DNA of 64,000 nucleotides, taken from sequence record SRR31156797_6884, one strand, 5' to 3'. Each line of letters opens with the position of its first letter. The stretch's first letter is position 1. The notes beneath the pieces are model-generated. The model made no database searches. It was not told where the DNA came from and saw only the letters and a program-made list of their open reading frames with translations. Shown here piece by piece: positions 61,647 to 64,000 of the stretch. The translations under genes were made by a program, and so were the position numbers.

Positions 61647-64000
61647 ATGAAATTTACAGCGATCGTCGGAACGACTTCTCCAAAGTCCCATAACCGGACA
61701 CTGCTTCAGTTTATGCAAACGCATTTTAAAGACAAAGCAGAAATTGAACTGTTAGAAATTAACGAAGTTCCTATGTTTAATCAGGATAACCCGTCTAATA
61801 ACCCACAATTATTGGAAATCAATGAGAAAATCATTGCTAGTGATGGCGTTATTATCGCGACTCCTGAATATAACCACTCAATTCCCTCTAGCCTGAAGAG
61901 TGTTCTTGAATGGTTAAGTTATGAACTTCATCCTCTTGACGGCAAGCCAGTGATGATTCTTGGTGCGTCGATTGATTCTCAAGGCTCTTCTCGTGCTCAG
62001 TTGCACCTACGTCAAATACTGGATGCACCGGGCGTGAATGCTAACGTAATGCCTGGATACGAGTTCTTACTAGGAAATTCACACAAAGCGTTTGATGAAA
62101 ATGGTCAATTGAATAACGAAGGCACTATCGACTTTTTAGAAGTTTGTTTCTTAAGGTTCATGCGTTTTGCCAAGATTTCAAATCAATTGAATGAAGAAGA
62201 AGAATTTTCATTCACTCCGGGAACCTATGAAGTTCACGCCCTCGGTCACGGTGGTGCGTTACCAATGAAAGTGGCTTTCAGCGAAAATAAAATCGAAAGC
62301 ATTGATATCGACACAGCCGGAGAGACAGAAGGTCTTGCTGATGTTGTATTCGTACGTATCCCAGACAAGATTATTGAAGGTCAAACCCTGAATGTGGATG
62401 CTCTATCAGGTGCTTCTGAAACCAGTAATGCGGTTCTTGACGGCGTTGCGAAAGCCGTAAAACTGGCTGGAGTAAACCCTGACATCTTAAGAAAACGACC
62501 AAAACCAGCCAGTAGCTTAAACAAGGGGGACGAAGAGTTCACTTGTGATGTGGTTGTGATTGGCGGCGGTGGCGCTGGCTTAAGTGCTGCAGCAACAGTT
62601 CTACAACAAGGCAAAAGTGCAATTGTTGTAGAGAAATACCCTGCCGTCGGTGGTAACACCATTCGTTCTGGTGGACCTATCAATGCAGCGAACCCAGAAT
62701 GGCAACACACTTTCGATGAGAACCCTGGTGAAAGACTGACACTTGAGGCGTTAACCAATACCGATGAAAGTGACGTTCACCCAGAGTATTTGGCTGACTT
62801 CCGTGCGCTTAGAGACGAGTTCGCCACCTATCAGGCTGAATTTGGAGAAGAGAAAGGCTACCTATTTGATTCACCACTGCTACACCGTATGCAAACGTAC
62901 TTTGGTGGTAAACGTACCGACCTTGAAGGTAAGGACATTTACGGACAATACGACTTGGTGAAAATCCTGACCGATCGCGCATTAGAGAGCGTGAAATGGT
63001 TGGAGGATATCGGTGTTGAATACGACAAAGAAGCCGTTTGTGCTCCTGTTGGTGCACTATGGCGTCGTGGTCACAAACCAATTAAAAGATACGGTACCGC
63101 TTTTATTCTTGCTCTAAGTGAATATATTGAAAAATTGAACGGCACGATCATTACCGATAGTCCAGCTAGAGAGTTCCTTATTGAAGATGGTGAAATCAAA
63201 GGAATTATCGCAACGGGTGTGAACGGCCAGAAAATTACCATTCATGCGAAAGCTGTGGTTCTAGCAAGTGGCGGTTTTGGTGCGAACACCAAGATGCTAC
63301 AGCAGTACAATACGTACTGGAGCAACATTGCTGACGATATCAACACAACCAACTCTAGCGCGATGACCGGCGACGGTATTGTGCTTGGTCAATCTGTCGG
63401 TGCAAGTTTAACCGGTATGGGCTTCTCTCAAATGATGCCTGTCGCAGATCCTATTACAGGTGAACTCTTCAGTGGTGTTATTGTTCCGCCAGAAAACTTT
63501 GTCATAGTGAACACACAAGGTAAACGTTTCATCAATGAGTTCGCAGGTCGTGATGTATTGACAAAAGCTGCATTGGCGGAAGGTGGTCTCTTCTATCTAA
63601 TTGCTGATGATGAGATCAAAAAACAAGCGGTGAATACCAGCCAAGAGAAATTGGATCGACAAGTTGAAGCAGGCACACTATTTAGAGCCGACACGCTTGA
63701 AGAACTGGCATTAAAAGTGGGAATGGATCCTGCGGTACTGGTCGACACAGTTAACAAGTACAACAGCTATGTAGAAGCAGGATATGATCCTGAGTTCCAT
63801 AAAGATACCTTTAGTCTTAAGGTAGAGAAAGCGCCATTCTATGCCACACCAAGACATCCAGCTACTCACCATACAATGGGTGGTTTGAAGATCGACACTG
63901 CAACACGCGTTCTGGATGAAAAGAATCAGCCTATCAAGAACCTATACGCAGCGGGTGAAGTCGCCGGTGGTATCCACGCTGGTAACCGCCTCGGTGGTAA
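61647..64000 (+). CDS. Partial flavocytochrome-c-family enoate reductase with FMN-reductase, covalent FMN-binding and FAD domains (HcrB/CrdB-like); runs off the window
   Basis: Absent from the ORF track. ATG at 61647 gives [23 protein letters not shown] flavinylation motif at 62397-62417; [21 protein letters not shown] at the window end. Confidence 0.9.
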   Translation, partial: MKFTAIVGTTSPKSHNRTLLQFMQTHFKDKAEIELLEINEVPMFNQDNPSNNPQLLEINEKIIASDGVIIATPEYNHSIPSSLKSVLEWLSYELHPLDGKPVMILGASIDSQGSSRAQLHLRQILDAPGVNANVMPGYEFLLGNSHKAFDENGQLNNEGTIDFLEVCFLRFMRFAKISNQLNEEEEFSFTPGTYEVHALGHGGALPMKVAFSENKIESIDIDTAGETEGLADVVFVRIPDKIIEGQTLNVDALSGASETSNAVLDGVAKAVKLAGVNPDILRKRPKPASSLNKGDEEFTCDVVVIGGGGAGLSAAATVLQQGKSAIVVEKYPAVGGNTIRSGGPINAANPEWQHTFDENPGERLTLEALTNTDESDVHPEYLADFRALRDEFATYQAEFGEEKGYLFDSPLLHRMQTYFGGKRTDLEGKDIYGQYDLVKILTDRALESVKWLEDIGVEYDKEAVCAPVGALWRRGHKPIKRYGTAFILALSEYIEKLNGTIITDSPAREFLIEDGEIKGIIATGVNGQKITIHAKAVVLASGGFGANTKMLQQYNTYWSNIADDINTTNSSAMTGDGIVLGQSVGASLTGMGFSQMMPVADPITGELFSGVIVPPENFVIVNTQGKRFINEFAGRDVLTKAALAEGGLFYLIADDEIKKQAVNTSQEKLDRQVEAGTLFRADTLEELALKVGMDPAVLVDTVNKYNSYVEAGYDPEFHKDTFSLKVEKAPFYATPRHPATHHTMGGLKIDTATRVLDEKNQPIKNLYAAGEVAGGIHAGNRLGG

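Noticed and set aside
61647-64000. Annotation as fumarate reductase
   Set aside because: The QxHP histidine is replaced (QMMP) and the domain and gene context match enoate reductases.

Overview
A 64 kb, gene-dense bacterial chromosomal window, most likely Vibrionaceae (inferred from protein style and gene content, not verified). I found no rRNA, tRNA, CRISPR array, prophage or intact IS. Contents in order: glyA-soxBDAG sarcosine catabolism; rnb, pstS, MaoC; a translationally coupled ADP-ribosylhydrolase (DraG-like)/DraT ADP-ribosyltransferase pair with no nif genes in the window; MCP; PepSY/cytochrome b; an unannotated 39-aa membrane peptide; hexuronate locus 1 (short uxuA, uxuB-like, TRAP, uxaCBA, exuR-like); mixed housekeeping and accessory genes (yghU, metQ-like, GGDEF, M14 peptidase, phytase-like phosphatase, subtilase, PhzF, SDR/OYE pair); hexuronate locus 2 (eda, kdgK, uxuB, uxuR, uxuA); a TctABC-RraA-dehydrogenase-LysR module; and an apbE-LysR-hcrA/hcrB(crdAB)-like flavinylated enoate reductase locus cut off by the window end. 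Most notable: the DraT/ARH pair, a duplicated ~100 bp operator-linked non-coding element (one copy has no gene behind it), and the small ORF with a structured 3' region. All family calls come from recognising motifs by eye; no searches were run.
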